Assembly: GCA_963841915.1 (NCBI GenBank) | Contig: CAWJEN010000006.1 | Span: forward strand, 128,001-192,000 | Source: an uncultured Planctomycetota bacterium | Lineage (GTDB): Bacteria > Planctomycetota > Phycisphaerae > Tepidisphaerales > Tepidisphaeraceae | Length of the DNA: 64,000 bases | Direction of reading: 5' to 3' | Shown: in pieces, positions 55,134 to 64,000 of the stretch | Layout of the letters: every line of letters begins with the position of its first letter | Position numbering within the stretch: the first letter of the stretch is position 1 | Notes under the pieces: model-generated | The model's database searches: none | Seen by the model: the letters and a program-made list of their open reading frames with translations, nothing else | Told to the model about the DNA's origin: nothing | Made by a program: the position numbers and the translations under genes

Positions 55134-57361
55134 TCCGGCTCCTCTTCGGTCAGCGCATTGGCTTGCAGACGGTTCTGCATCTGCACGAGCTTGCGGAAGC
55201 GGCCGTCCTCATTGGCCAGAAGCTCGTCGTGACGACCCGATTCGACGACGCGTCCGGCATCGAGGACGACGATCATGTCCGCCGACGCAAGCGTGCTGAG
55301 ACGGTGGGCAATGGCGAAGGTCGTGCGACCGGTCACGAGGTGGTCGAGTGCTTCCTGGATCGCCCGCTCGGTCTTGGTGTCGACGCTGCTCGTCGCTTCG
55401 TCGAGGATGAGAATCTTCGGATTCTGCAGGATCGCCCTGGCGATCGACACGCGTTGCCGCTCACCGCCCGAGAGGCTTTGGCCGCGTTCGCCGACGATGG
55501 TGTCGTAGCCGTCGGGCAGCTTCGTGATGAAGTCGTGCGTGTTGGCCGCCCGTGCTGCTTCGACGACTTCGCCAAGCGTTGCGTCGGGCCGGCCGTAGCG
55601 GATGTTGTCGGCGACGGTGCCGTAGAACAGGTACGGCTCCTGCAGCACGACGCCCACGTTGCCGCGAAGCCACTCGAGGTCGTAGTCGCGTACGTCGACG
55701 CCGTCGATGAGGATCGACCCGTCGCTGACGTCGTAGAAGCGGCTGATGAGGTTGACGAACGTGCTCTTGCCCGCGCCGCTGTGGCCGCAAAGGCCGACCA
55801 TCTGGCCCGGCTCGACCGCCAGGCTCACGTTGCGCAGTACGGGCTTGGCCCCGTCGTAGCTGAAGCTGACGTTCTGCAGCTCCACGCGTCCCTCGAAGTC
55901 TGTCGGCACGTACGCGTCCGGCTTCGACTTGATCTCGATCGGCGTGTCGAGCACCTCAAACACTCGCTGCGCACTGGTCGCCGCTCGCGTCACCAGCCGC
56001 TGCTTCTGCACCATGTCACCGATGGCCATGTGGTAGAAGCCGGCCACGGTCAGGAACATCACGAGCGTGCCCAATGTGTCGGCATCGGTGGCCGTCCTGG
56101 CGATGTCGGACTCAATGATGAACCAGCCGCCGGCCACGAGGATCAGCACCCGGCTGAGCATCATCGTGCCTTCAACGATCGGCTGCAGGTTCACCCAAAC
56201 GTTGATGGTCGACAGCTCGTCGTCGCTGAAGATCTTGTTCTGTTTCGAAAACTTACCGACTTCGCGGCCCTCAGCGGCGAAGGCCTTCACCACTTTGGCG
56301 CCGGGCAGCACGTCGCCGACGACCCCGGTCAGCCGCGACCAGTAGGTCCACAAGCGGCCGAACAGCTGGGTCATCTTTTTCATCTTGTACCACGTCAGCA
56401 ATGCCACGAACGGCACCGGCAGCAACGCGATGACCGCGAGTCGCGGGTTGACCCAGAACATGATGACCGTCGCCGCAGCCATCATGAGCACGTTGCGGGC
56501 GTAATCGACACTGCCGAAGACGATGAAGTCCCACAAGCGGTCTGTATCGCTTGTCACGCGGGTGATGAGGCTGCCCGTGCGGTGCTTGCCGAAGTATCGC
56601 AGGCTCAGCTTGTGCATGTGGCTGTAGACCGCCGTTCGCAGGTCGCGGGCGACCCACGTGCCGACGGCACTGAGCAGCCGCAGGCGGACACCGAACATCG
56701 TCATCTGGACGACGATCGCCAGTACGTACAGGCCGCCCCAGAACACAAGGTTGCTGACCCGCTCGTCACGCGTCAGGTGCGCTGTTGTCTGTGGATTGAT
56801 GGAAGCGTCGATGACGTACTTCGTCAGCCAGGCCGGAACGACCTGCACGACGCCGACGAGCATCGTCAGCACCGAAGCGAAGATGATTCGCGTGTGGTAA
56901 GGCTTGGCGACCTCCAGCAGGCGCCCCAGCACCGCCACACGCGGGCGATCGAGGTCTTTTTCAAGGTCCGGCCCCTCCACCAGCGGTGGCGGCGACAAAT
57001 CAGGCTCGCCGTCTCCGTCGACGCGGTGCTTCAGCCGAGCGATCAGCCGCGTCATCGACAGCTTCACCCGTTCGCGGCGGCTGAAAGGCAGCTCGACTCG
57101 CCGGCCCGACGTCAGCGTCAACACCAAACGGTCAAAGCCGATCGCCTCCTGGTGCTCGGCCTTGTCAATGTCACTCAACGGCACGACTCGTTCATCAATG
57201 TGCAGCTGCGACTCCGTCAGCACCACCCGACGGCGGCCATACCGCAGGTCGTCGTCAAGGTCCAGCTCCACCTCGGCCACGACATCACCGGCCGGCGCAT
57301 CGACCTGCGCGGCAGCGGGTAAATCAAGCTCGTCTTCCTTCTGGAGCATCAGCTTCTGCAT
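55130..57361 (-). CDS. ABC exporter (fused TMD-NBD) with N-terminal extension
   Basis: TM domain, GHSGAGKST, VVLQEP, LSGGERQR, ILDEATSSVD, IAHRLST. Confidence 0.93.
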   Translation of the reverse strand: MQKLMLQKEDELDLPAAAQVDAPAGDVVAEVELDLDDDLRYGRRRVVLTESQLHIDERVVPLSDIDKAEHQEAIGFDRLVLTLTSGRRVELPFSRRERVKLSMTRLIARLKHRVDGDGEPDLSPPPLVEGPDLEKDLDRPRVAVLGRLLEVAKPYHTRIIFASVLTMLVGVVQVVPAWLTKYVIDASINPQTTAHLTRDERVSNLVFWGGLYVLAIVVQMTMFGVRLRLLSAVGTWVARDLRTAVYSHMHKLSLRYFGKHRTGSLITRVTSDTDRLWDFIVFGSVDYARNVLMMAAATVIMFWVNPRLAVIALLPVPFVALLTWYKMKKMTQLFGRLWTYWSRLTGVVGDVLPGAKVVKAFAAEGREVGKFSKQNKIFSDDELSTINVWVNLQPIVEGTMMLSRVLILVAGGWFIIESDIARTATDADTLGTLVMFLTVAGFYHMAIGDMVQKQRLVTRAATSAQRVFEVLDTPIEIKSKPDAYVPTDFEGRVELQNVSFSYDGAKPVLRNVSLAVEPGQMVGLCGHSGAGKSTFVNLISRFYDVSDGSILIDGVDVRDYDLEWLRGNVGVVLQEPYLFYGTVADNIRYGRPDATLGEVVEAARAANTHDFITKLPDGYDTIVGERGQSLSGGERQRVSIARAILQNPKILILDEATSSVDTKTERAIQEALDHLVTGRTTFAIAHRLSTLASADMIVVLDAGRVVESGRHDELLANEDGRFRKLVQMQNRLQANALTEEEPE

Positions 57362-57417
57362 CCGACGGGCGCAGGACAAGCAAGTCAACCTTCAGAAGTG
57401 CGTCGAGTCGCACGGTA

Positions 57418-57511
57418 AAGGTAGCTGCGACCTTACAGGTCGCAGTAAGGACTGGGCGACAAAACAGCTGACCCTCCATCCGAGGGCGATTCGCAGGGTC
57501 GCAGCTACCTT
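57418..57511. repeat. Inverted pair of GTAG-type REP sequences (REPIN-like)
   Basis: AAGGTAGCTGCGACC at 57418 and its reverse complement GGTCGCAGCTACCTT at 57497; the left copy is GTAG plus hairpin CTGCGACCT-TAC-AGGTCGCAG. Confidence 0.7.
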
Positions 57512-57517
57512 ACATCT

Positions 57518-58240
57518 GTGAGCGAAACGAAAACGATCCTCGTGACGGGTGGAGCTAAACGAGTCGGCCGGCACGTTGCGTTGCACTTTGCCAAGCTCGG
57601 CTACGACGTGGCCGTCACTGTCAACACGAGCGACCCGGCGTCGCTCCGCGGCGAGGTCGAGGCGGTGGGCCGGTCGTTTCTGAGCGTGCGGGCCGACTTT
57701 GCACAACCTGTCGAGGCGACCGAGGCCGTCGGCAACGTAGTCGAGCGTCACGGCCGACTCGACGTGCTCGTCCACAACGCAAGCGTCTACGAGCCATGCC
57801 GACTGGCCGATGTGACGCCGGAGGTGTTGCGGCGGGATCTTGCGGTGCACGTCGAGACGCCGTTGCTCTTGACACGTCGCCTTCAGCCGCTGCTTTCGAC
57901 CGCCAGGGGAACGGTTGTGGCCATGACTGATGTCGACCTCGACCGGTCGCGGCCGAGCTTCCTGACGTATCAGCTGTCCAAGGCGGCGCTGGCGAACCTC
58001 ATGGCCAATCTCGCTCGAGAACTGGCACCTGAGGTGACCGTCAATTGCGTCGCCCCCGGAGCGGTCGAATGGCCACCGGAGATGAAACAGGAAGCCAAGG
58101 ACATGTACCTGTCGCGTGTGCCGTTGGATCGGGTCGGTAGCCCCGCCGACGTGGCCAAGGCGATCGAGTATCTTGTAACAAGCGGCCGCTACGTTACCGG
58201 CCAAACCCTCCGCCTCGACGGTGGACGCCATCTGGTTTAA
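57518..58240 (+). CDS. SDR oxidoreductase, pteridine-reductase/FolM-like
   Basis: VTGGAKRVG, LVHNAS, YxxxK (YQLSK), LAPEVTVNCVAPG, TGQTLRLDGG. Confidence 0.85.
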   Translation: MSETKTILVTGGAKRVGRHVALHFAKLGYDVAVTVNTSDPASLRGEVEAVGRSFLSVRADFAQPVEATEAVGNVVERHGRLDVLVHNASVYEPCRLADVTPEVLRRDLAVHVETPLLLTRRLQPLLSTARGTVVAMTDVDLDRSRPSFLTYQLSKAALANLMANLARELAPEVTVNCVAPGAVEWPPEMKQEAKDMYLSRVPLDRVGSPADVAKAIEYLVTSGRYVTGQTLRLDGGRHLV

Positions 58241-58376
58241 CATTTGAGCCAATCAGCCGCTTCCGTCATTGAAGGCGACTCAGGGACTTTGCCCGGTCGC
58301 GTTCTTTTCAGACGAGGTCGCTCGGCTGTCGTCGGAGTGACGGATGCGGGTGCGCCGGTCGGCTCGCCGAGGCGGT

Positions 58377-59012
58377 TCAACCGGCGGCGTCGGCCTTTTT
58401 CGCCTCTTCGTACAGCTCGCGGACGTTGAGGAAGTCGATCATGTGCTCGTCGTACGTCGCCCGCGCCTTGGGGTCACTCAGGGGCAGGCGGAGTTCGTTG
58501 ATGACCTTGGTGCCCATGCCGATCCATTCCTGCCAGCTGGAGGCCGAGACGTTGTCGTAGATGACGCGGCCGAGCGTGCCTTTCATGGGTTGGCGGCGCA
58601 TGCGGGGGCCGGGTTCGCCGGTGCGGACGTCGAGCACCTGGCCTTCACCGACGACAACTTTGCGGGTCTCGGTGACGTCGGGCAATGCTTCGCCCATCTC
58701 GGTGAGCTGCTTCTCCATCGCCTCTCGGGGCATGCGGTCGCCGCGGTCGGCGGCGACCTGAACGCCTCGCTTGAGCACGACGGCTGCGTCGCTGGCACGA
58801 TCCAGGTCGCGCAGCGCCTGGCCGAGCAGCTCGTAGGCCTTGGAGAACTTGTCGTTGATCTCCAGCGTCCGCCGAAATGACTCTGCCGCGTCGGCGGGTT
58901 TGCCGGCACGGAGCAACTCACGCCCGAGGGACAGGTGACCCAGCTCGTTGTCCGGATCGTCGGCTGCCATTTTGCGGAACTGCTCGATCCGCTCGTCAAT
59001 TGCGTCACTCAT
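58377..59012 (-). CDS. TPR-domain protein fused to a YggX-like Fe(II)-trafficking domain
   Basis: N-terminal TPR helices; C-terminal P..GTLG..IYDNVS..SWQEW....TKVINE.RL.LSDP.AR....EHM..FL. Confidence 0.85.
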   Translation of the reverse strand: MSDAIDERIEQFRKMAADDPDNELGHLSLGRELLRAGKPADAAESFRRTLEINDKFSKAYELLGQALRDLDRASDAAVVLKRGVQVAADRGDRMPREAMEKQLTEMGEALPDVTETRKVVVGEGQVLDVRTGEPGPRMRRQPMKGTLGRVIYDNVSASSWQEWIGMGTKVINELRLPLSDPKARATYDEHMIDFLNVRELYEEAKKADAAG

Positions 59013-59020
59013 GGGACGTT

Positions 59021-59653
59021 CTATGCCCGGGGCGAAATCAGCGTCATGACTTCGCTGCGGGTCCGGGCGTCGCTGCGGCACAGGCCACGCAGGCAGCTTG
59101 TCAGCATCGTTGCCCCGGTTTTCTTGACGCCGCGGATCGTCATGCACGAGTGGACGGCCTCGACGACGACAGCAGCGCCTTTGGGCTGCAAGGCATCCAT
59201 GAGGGCTTCGCAAATCTGCACCGTCAGCTGCTCCTGAATCTGCGGCCGACGGGCGTACCCCTCGACGAGTCGGGCCAGCTTGCTGAGCCCCACCACTTTG
59301 CCGCTCGGGATATAAGCGACGCTGGCTCGACCTGTGAACGGCAGCAGATGGTGTTCGCATACGCTGGCGAACGGAATGTCCCGCAGCACGACTACCTCGT
59401 CGTAGTCGGCGGTGAAGACGGTGGCCAGGTGCTTGCGCGGGTCCTCACGCAGGCCTGCAAAGAGCTCGCCGTACGCGCGGGCGACGCGGTGAGGCGTTTT
59501 GAGGAGGCCCTCGCGGTCGGGATCCTCGCCAACGGCTAGCAGAATCTCTCGCACGGCATCGGCGATGCGATGCTCATCAACGTCCAGCGGAACAACGGCG
59601 TGAGGCTCGTGATCGAACGGGTCGTCGCGGAGGTCTGTAGATTTGTCGGACAT
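59021..59653 (-). CDS. folE: GTP cyclohydrolase I
   Basis: [50 protein letters not shown]. Confidence 0.97.
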   Translation of the reverse strand: MSDKSTDLRDDPFDHEPHAVVPLDVDEHRIADAVREILLAVGEDPDREGLLKTPHRVARAYGELFAGLREDPRKHLATVFTADYDEVVVLRDIPFASVCEHHLLPFTGRASVAYIPSGKVVGLSKLARLVEGYARRPQIQEQLTVQICEALMDALQPKGAAVVVEAVHSCMTIRGVKKTGATMLTSCLRGLCRSDARTRSEVMTLISPRA

Positions 59654-59840
59654 GAGCGATGGTGGGTCCCGTGCAAAGTGAGCGGCGACATCGTGAAGGT
59701 ACGGCCACTAACGGGCCTCAGGTGACGCCACCGCTGTTTTCACGAGGATTGCGAAGCTGCATATGTGGCCTTGGCCCGTGGTTTGTATTGGACTTACCCC
59801 ACACGGCAGGCGATTGCACCTCGGCCAGACTCAGTAGTAC

Positions 59841-60449
59841 ATGAACCAGATTCCAATGAAGACCACCACCAAGCGTTTGTTCCTCGCCGTTTCCGCCGCC
59901 GCCGTCGCCGGCCTCACGTTCGCCGCCGGTAGCGCGTTCGCCGATCACCACGAGAAGAAGGGCGATCACGCCCACATGAGCGGTGAGAAGGACATCGTCG
60001 CCACCGCCGTTGCAGCCGGCCAGTTCAACACCCTCGCCGCCGCCCTCAAGGCCGGTGACCTCGTCGAGACGCTGCAGGGCGAAGGCCCGTTCACCGTCTT
60101 TGCCCCGACCGACGAGGCCTTTGCGGCCCTGCCGAGCGGCACGATCGAGACGCTGCTCAAGCCGGAGGCCAAGGGTCAGCTCCAGGAAATCCTGAAGTAC
60201 CACGTCGTCTCGGGTGAAGTCATGGCCAGCGACGTCGTGAACCTCACCGAGGCCGAGACGGTCCAGGGCGAGGCGATCGAGATCGCCGTCGTCGACGGCA
60301 AGGTCATGCTCAACGACACCGTCGAGGTCATCAAGACCGACGTCAAGGCCAGCAACGGCGTAATTCACGTCATTGACGGCGTGCTCATCCCGAACGGTGG
60401 CCAGCAGGCCGAAGAGATGGAAGACATGGAAGAAGAGCCTTCGATGTGA
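59841..60449 (+). CDS. Fasciclin (FAS1) domain exported protein
   Basis: Signal peptide, [47 protein letters not shown]. Confidence 0.94.
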   Translation: MNQIPMKTTTKRLFLAVSAAAVAGLTFAAGSAFADHHEKKGDHAHMSGEKDIVATAVAAGQFNTLAAALKAGDLVETLQGEGPFTVFAPTDEAFAALPSGTIETLLKPEAKGQLQEILKYHVVSGEVMASDVVNLTEAETVQGEAIEIAVVDGKVMLNDTVEVIKTDVKASNGVIHVIDGVLIPNGGQQAEEMEDMEEEPSM

Positions 60450-60480
60450 GGCCTGTAGAGAATCTCTCTCCAACGCGGAT

Positions 60481-60512
60481 CGACGCCCGCACGCCTAGGC
60501 GTGCGGGCGTCG
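60481..60512. repeat. Perfect 32-bp palindrome (terminator-like hairpin)
   Basis: CGACGCCCGCACGCCT|AGGCGTGCGGGCGTCG. Confidence 0.75.
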
Positions 60513-60546
60513 CCGTTGCGCCACCCTGCAATTGGCCGGGTACAAC

Positions 60547-61674
60547 ATGACCATGCGCAGAGCCGTCGTCGCCACCAGCAACACCCTGAAGTACCCGCAA
60601 GGCGGTCACGTGTGGGTCTACTTGAACTGGGCACTGTCGTTCGTCGCCCGCGGGTACGAAGTGACGTGGCTGGACATGGTCGAATCTGGCGACGACGTGT
60701 CGGCGTTGCCTGCGAAACTCGAGACGCTGCGTGACAAGCTCCGGCCGTTCGGCCTGAATGACCGCGTCCTCATCGTCGACGAGCACGGCCACCCGCACGA
60801 AGCGCTGGCCGACGCAGCGATGCCCGATGTCGACGGTGACGTGTTGCTGAACCTGCGATACAACCTGCCCGACGACTTCCCGAAGCGGTTCCGCACGTCG
60901 GCCCTCATCGACACGGACCCGGGCATGGTGCAGTACGCCATCCACCAGGGCTCGATGCGTCTCGCGCCGCACGATGCCTACTTCACCGTTGGAAACAACA
61001 TATTCTCCAAGAAAAACGGTGACTTTCTGGCGACGGGGCTGACGTGGCACGCGATGACACCCGCCGTCTCGCTGGAGCACTGGCCGGTCGTGCCATGGCC
61101 CGCCGACGCGGCGTGGTCAACGGTGAGCCATTGGTACATGGACGTCTGGATGGTCGACGCGGCAGGCGAGGCCTACATGAACGACAAGCGGACGGCCTTC
61201 GAGCCGTACCTGCACCTGCCCCAACGGGTCCGGCAGCCGATGAAGCTGGCGCTCAACCTCAACGGCGACCCCGAAGAACAAGCCCGTCTTGAAGCCCTCG
61301 GCTGGCAGATCGAAGAAGCACACGACGTCGGCGGCCTCGATGCGTATCAGCAGTTCGTCCAGCAATCGTTCGGCGAGTTCTCGTGCTGCAAGCCGTCGTA
61401 CCGCCGCCTAGGGACCGGCTGGATCAGCGACCGGACGGCCTGCTACCTCGCCAGCGGTCGCCCATGCGTGGTCGAGTGGAGCGGCGAGCGACCGGAACTC
61501 GAGGGCAGTGACGGGCTGCTGCGGTTCAAGGATCCCAGCGAAGCGGCCGCGGCGTTGGCACGCGTGGCGGCCGACCCGGCGTCGCACGCCAAGGCCGCCC
61601 GCGCTCTCGCCGAACGCCACTTCGACGGCCGCGTGTGCGTCGATCGCGTGCTGGAGTGTGTTCAAGCGAAGTGA
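60547..61674 (+). CDS. Glycosyltransferase-like (GT-B) protein
   Basis: GGHVWVYLNW, IDTDPG..Q, YQQFVQQSFGEFS..K, GWISDRTACYLASGRP. Confidence 0.75.
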   Translation: MTMRRAVVATSNTLKYPQGGHVWVYLNWALSFVARGYEVTWLDMVESGDDVSALPAKLETLRDKLRPFGLNDRVLIVDEHGHPHEALADAAMPDVDGDVLLNLRYNLPDDFPKRFRTSALIDTDPGMVQYAIHQGSMRLAPHDAYFTVGNNIFSKKNGDFLATGLTWHAMTPAVSLEHWPVVPWPADAAWSTVSHWYMDVWMVDAAGEAYMNDKRTAFEPYLHLPQRVRQPMKLALNLNGDPEEQARLEALGWQIEEAHDVGGLDAYQQFVQQSFGEFSCCKPSYRRLGTGWISDRTACYLASGRPCVVEWSGERPELEGSDGLLRFKDPSEAAAALARVAADPASHAKAARALAERHFDGRVCVDRVLECVQAK

Positions 61675-61709
61675 CCCGGAGCCGCGGTCCGTGGGACCGC
61701 GGCTCCGGG
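61675..61709 (+). terminator. REP-like hairpin / terminator
   Basis: CCCGGAGCCGCGGTCC-GTG-GGACCGCGGCTCCGGG followed by ACCTTTTG; a 15-nt copy lies inverted at 49476-49490. Confidence 0.7.
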
Positions 61710-61746
61710 ACCTTTTGTCGGCCGTCGCGTTCACTACCGTCGTGAC

Positions 61747-62037
61747 ATGCTGCTTGCCGAGATTTCGATGTGGCCGATGGACAAGGGCCAAAGCGTCAGC
61801 CCATACGTCGCTCGCGTGCTGAAGGTGATTCAGGCGAGCGGGTTGCCGTATCAGCTCGGGCCGCTCGGCACGGTCGTCGAAGGCGAGCCGGCGGCAGTTT
61901 TGAAGCTCGTCGGTGACTGCCAGGCCGAGCTGGAGGTCGACTGCGACCGCATCATGTGTTCGATCAAGATGGACTGGCGACGCGGCCACGCCGGCCGCAT
62001 CGAGGGCAAGGTCCGCAGCGTCGAAGAGAAGCTGTAA
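61747..62037 (+). CDS. MTH1187/YkoF-family thiamine-binding protein
   Basis: MLLAEISMWPMDKGQSVSPYVA, SGLPYQLGPLGTVVEGE, KVRSVEEKL. Confidence 0.9.
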   Translation: MLLAEISMWPMDKGQSVSPYVARVLKVIQASGLPYQLGPLGTVVEGEPAAVLKLVGDCQAELEVDCDRIMCSIKMDWRRGHAGRIEGKVRSVEEKL

Positions 62038-62045
62038 CGCCGGCC

Positions 62046-62990
62046 TCACGCAGTCGGCTTAACCGGCGCGATGAAGGACAGCGACAGCACCGCCGCAAAA
62101 CCGGCAACGGCGGCGGCGAGGCCGACGCCGATCGCCGCCGGGGTGCTGGCACCCGTGAACGGCCAGATCGCAAACACGCTGCCCCACAACACGCCCAGCA
62201 GCAACCCACCCATGAGGCGCTCGTGCTTTTCGAGCAGGCTTTTGAGCAAGTTCGACAGGAGCACCAGCGACACGACCGCCGCCACGCCGACGGGGACGAG
62301 GATCGACAGCGACGTCATGATGTCCGCCGAGTTTGCCCCGACGAGGCCGTCCTTGAGCAGGCTGATGGCCCCGGTGACGTGTTCGTAACGGCCCAGCAGC
62401 AGCAGCATGTACGCGCCGCTGATGCCCGGCAAGACCATCGCGCTCATCGCCAGCACGCCACCGACGGCGTCGCGGGCCATGGCCGGCTGCGGTCGAAACG
62501 CCTCGGTCTCCCGCAGCGCTCTGGCCTGCTCGCGGGCGTTGGCGTCTTCGCCGAGGGCCAGAGCGAGCATGATGACGAAGCCGACGGCGATGGCCGTGAG
62601 TACCAGCCCGCGGTTCGGCAGCTTCGGGGCCGCCATCTTCCACAAAGGCGGCGTGCCGGCGAGCGTCATGCCGATGAACAACGCCTTCATCGTCGCCTCG
62701 TGATCGACAAACAGATTCGTCATGAGCTTCGCAAACGACACCGCAACCGCGGCAGCGGCGACGATCAAGACCGCCAGAAAGATCACCCTGTCACGCGTGA
62801 TCTTGCCCCGCGAGACGCCGGCAACGGCGTCGATGAACCGGTCGTACACGCCGATGACGAGCACCATCGTCCCACCCGACACCCCGGGCACAAGATTGGC
62901 TGCCCCCATGAGCCCGCCCGCGGCGGCGGTGCGAATCAGCGGGACGTTCGGGTCGATCTGCTTGGCAAGCGGAAGGGCGTCTTCAGGCAT
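62046..62990 (-). CDS. DUF368-family membrane protein
   Basis: MGAANLVPGVSGGT....GVY and AMVLPGISGAYMLLLLG.Y. Confidence 0.9.
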   Translation of the reverse strand: MPEDALPLAKQIDPNVPLIRTAAAGGLMGAANLVPGVSGGTMVLVIGVYDRFIDAVAGVSRGKITRDRVIFLAVLIVAAAAVAVSFAKLMTNLFVDHEATMKALFIGMTLAGTPPLWKMAAPKLPNRGLVLTAIAVGFVIMLALALGEDANAREQARALRETEAFRPQPAMARDAVGGVLAMSAMVLPGISGAYMLLLLGRYEHVTGAISLLKDGLVGANSADIMTSLSILVPVGVAAVVSLVLLSNLLKSLLEKHERLMGGLLLGVLWGSVFAIWPFTGASTPAAIGVGLAAAVAGFAAVLSLSFIAPVKPTA

Positions 62991-63023
62991 GTCGGTTCTT
63001 TATCGGCCACTTGTCCCGCAGAC

Positions 63024-63254
63024 TCAACGACGCATCGTCAACCTGAACAGCAGCAACAGAAACACGATCGTCAGCGACAACTGCAACCCCATGCCGAATA
63101 GCCGCACCACGTTCGGCACGTTGGCAAACAAACCGGCGGTGTTGGCGGCGACAAGCACAATCTTGAGCCCGATGACGATCCACAGCAGCCGCGTCAAACG
63201 CTTGCGACTAGCTTCGGCCGATCCACGCGTGTCGTACTCGAGCGGCTGCGTCAC
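63024..63254 (-). CDS. Small two-TM membrane protein
   Basis: 76 aa with two hydrophobic helices; co-oriented with its neighbours. Confidence 0.6.
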   Translation of the reverse strand: MTQPLEYDTRGSAEASRKRLTRLLWIVIGLKIVLVAANTAGLFANVPNVVRLFGMGLQLSLTIVFLLLLFRLTMRR

Positions 63255-63298
63255 GGCTGAGGCTAGTGCCGTCTGCCAACGGGTCCACGACCCACGCG

Positions 63299-63383
63299 AG
63301 TCATCCTCAGTGTAACAACGTCCCTCGACTCCCTTGGGTCAATCGGGATGACTGAAGTTCCAGCGGCCGGCCGGCAGGATGAC
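63299..63383. repeat. Degenerate GTCATCC...GGATGAC palindromic element
   Basis: AGTCATCCT at 63299 with complementary GGATGACT at 63346 and AGGATGAC at 63376. Confidence 0.3.
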
Positions 63384-63406
63384 GAACTTTGCGACCGCAG
63401 ATCAGC

Positions 63407-64000
63407 TTACCCCTGCGACGACCCGCCCCAGCCTTGCTGGTCGTTCTGCTCCGGCGGCGTGCCACCCTGGGCGTAGTACTGCTGCCAGGCCGCTTGCTGT
63501 TGCTCGTCGACGCCGCCGGTCGATCCGGCCCGCTCACGAAGGGCCAGGGCCAGTAGCACGATTGCAACGATCTCCAGCAGCGTGAGCACGACGCTGACCG
63601 CAAGGGTCACTGGCCCGTTCGCAGCAGCCACCTCTGGGTCGCTGGCGAGGGCCAGCATCGCCACCAAACCCAGCAGGTTGAGCAGGACGCCGATGCCCAG
63701 GAGGACGATCGACGTGATCATCGCCCACGCCTTGCCGTGCCACGTGAACGCCGCCAGCAGCACACCGATGCCGACGATGATGAGGCCGCACGCCCCGCCG
63801 CAGGCCCGAACGATGTTCACAAGCGAGTCGGCAGACATGCCCGCCGCCTCCATCTCAGCCAAGTCATTCGGATCGACTTCCTGCATAAGCGTGGCGCTGT
63901 CAATCGCAAAGACCTGGAATACCGCGTTTGCGGCAATGAGCAACGTGATCAGCAAAAGCACGCCCGCCGCCAACCTGGCCATCGGGCGACGTGCCCCACC
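63407..64000 (-). CDS. Multi-TM hypothetical membrane protein (may start outside the window)
   Basis: Four hydrophobic segments and a Q/Y-rich tail; the frame is open to position 64000. Confidence 0.75.
   Translation of the reverse strand, partial: GGARRPMARLAAGVLLLITLLIAANAVFQVFAIDSATLMQEVDPNDLAEMEAAGMSADSLVNIVRACGGACGLIIVGIGVLLAAFTWHGKAWAMITSIVLLGIGVLLNLLGLVAMLALASDPEVAAANGPVTLAVSVVLTLLEIVAIVLLALALRERAGSTGGVDEQQQAAWQQYYAQGGTPPEQNDQQGWGGSSQG

Overview
A GC-rich bacterial chromosome segment, most likely Planctomycetota (Phycisphaerae-like), judged from the EF-Tu switch-I sequence, the RpoC N-terminus and the gene families present. Layout: (1) a 3055-aa NdvB/ChvB-type cyclic beta-1,2-glucan synthase; (2) an accessory patch at about 9.9-16.1 kb containing an NLR-like STAND NTPase with six near-identical ~126-bp TPR repeats that vary at a few codons, a 21-bp (heptad) repeat ORF divergently paired with an uncharacterised 228-aa gene across an almost G-free tract, a long GCGAAG/CTTCGC hairpin, a GNAT and two gene remnants, all lying across a sharp local C-rich to G-rich strand flip; (3) cysK and a PHP gene; (4) the tRNA-Thr-tuf-rpmG-tRNA-Trp-secE-nusG-rplKAJL-rpoBC cluster on the minus strand, with small membrane-protein genes inserted between nusG/rplK and between rpoB/rpoC and an atypical tRNA-Trp anticodon stem; (5) mixed housekeeping genes, including a co-oriented run of PilZ, CHASE/PAS/GGDEF, a protein with a PilC-like N-terminus and a MamK-family actin, with no other magnetosome genes recognised; then gatB, hicAB, an ABC/DUF1854 pair, folE and others. 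Single-base indels in rpoC, a GT2 gene and the TPR array suggest an error-prone assembly. Best candidates for undescribed biology: the orphan MamK-like actin with its putative adaptor, and the STAND-TPR / heptad-repeat / strand-skew island. All family assignments come from motif recognition only; no database searches were run.
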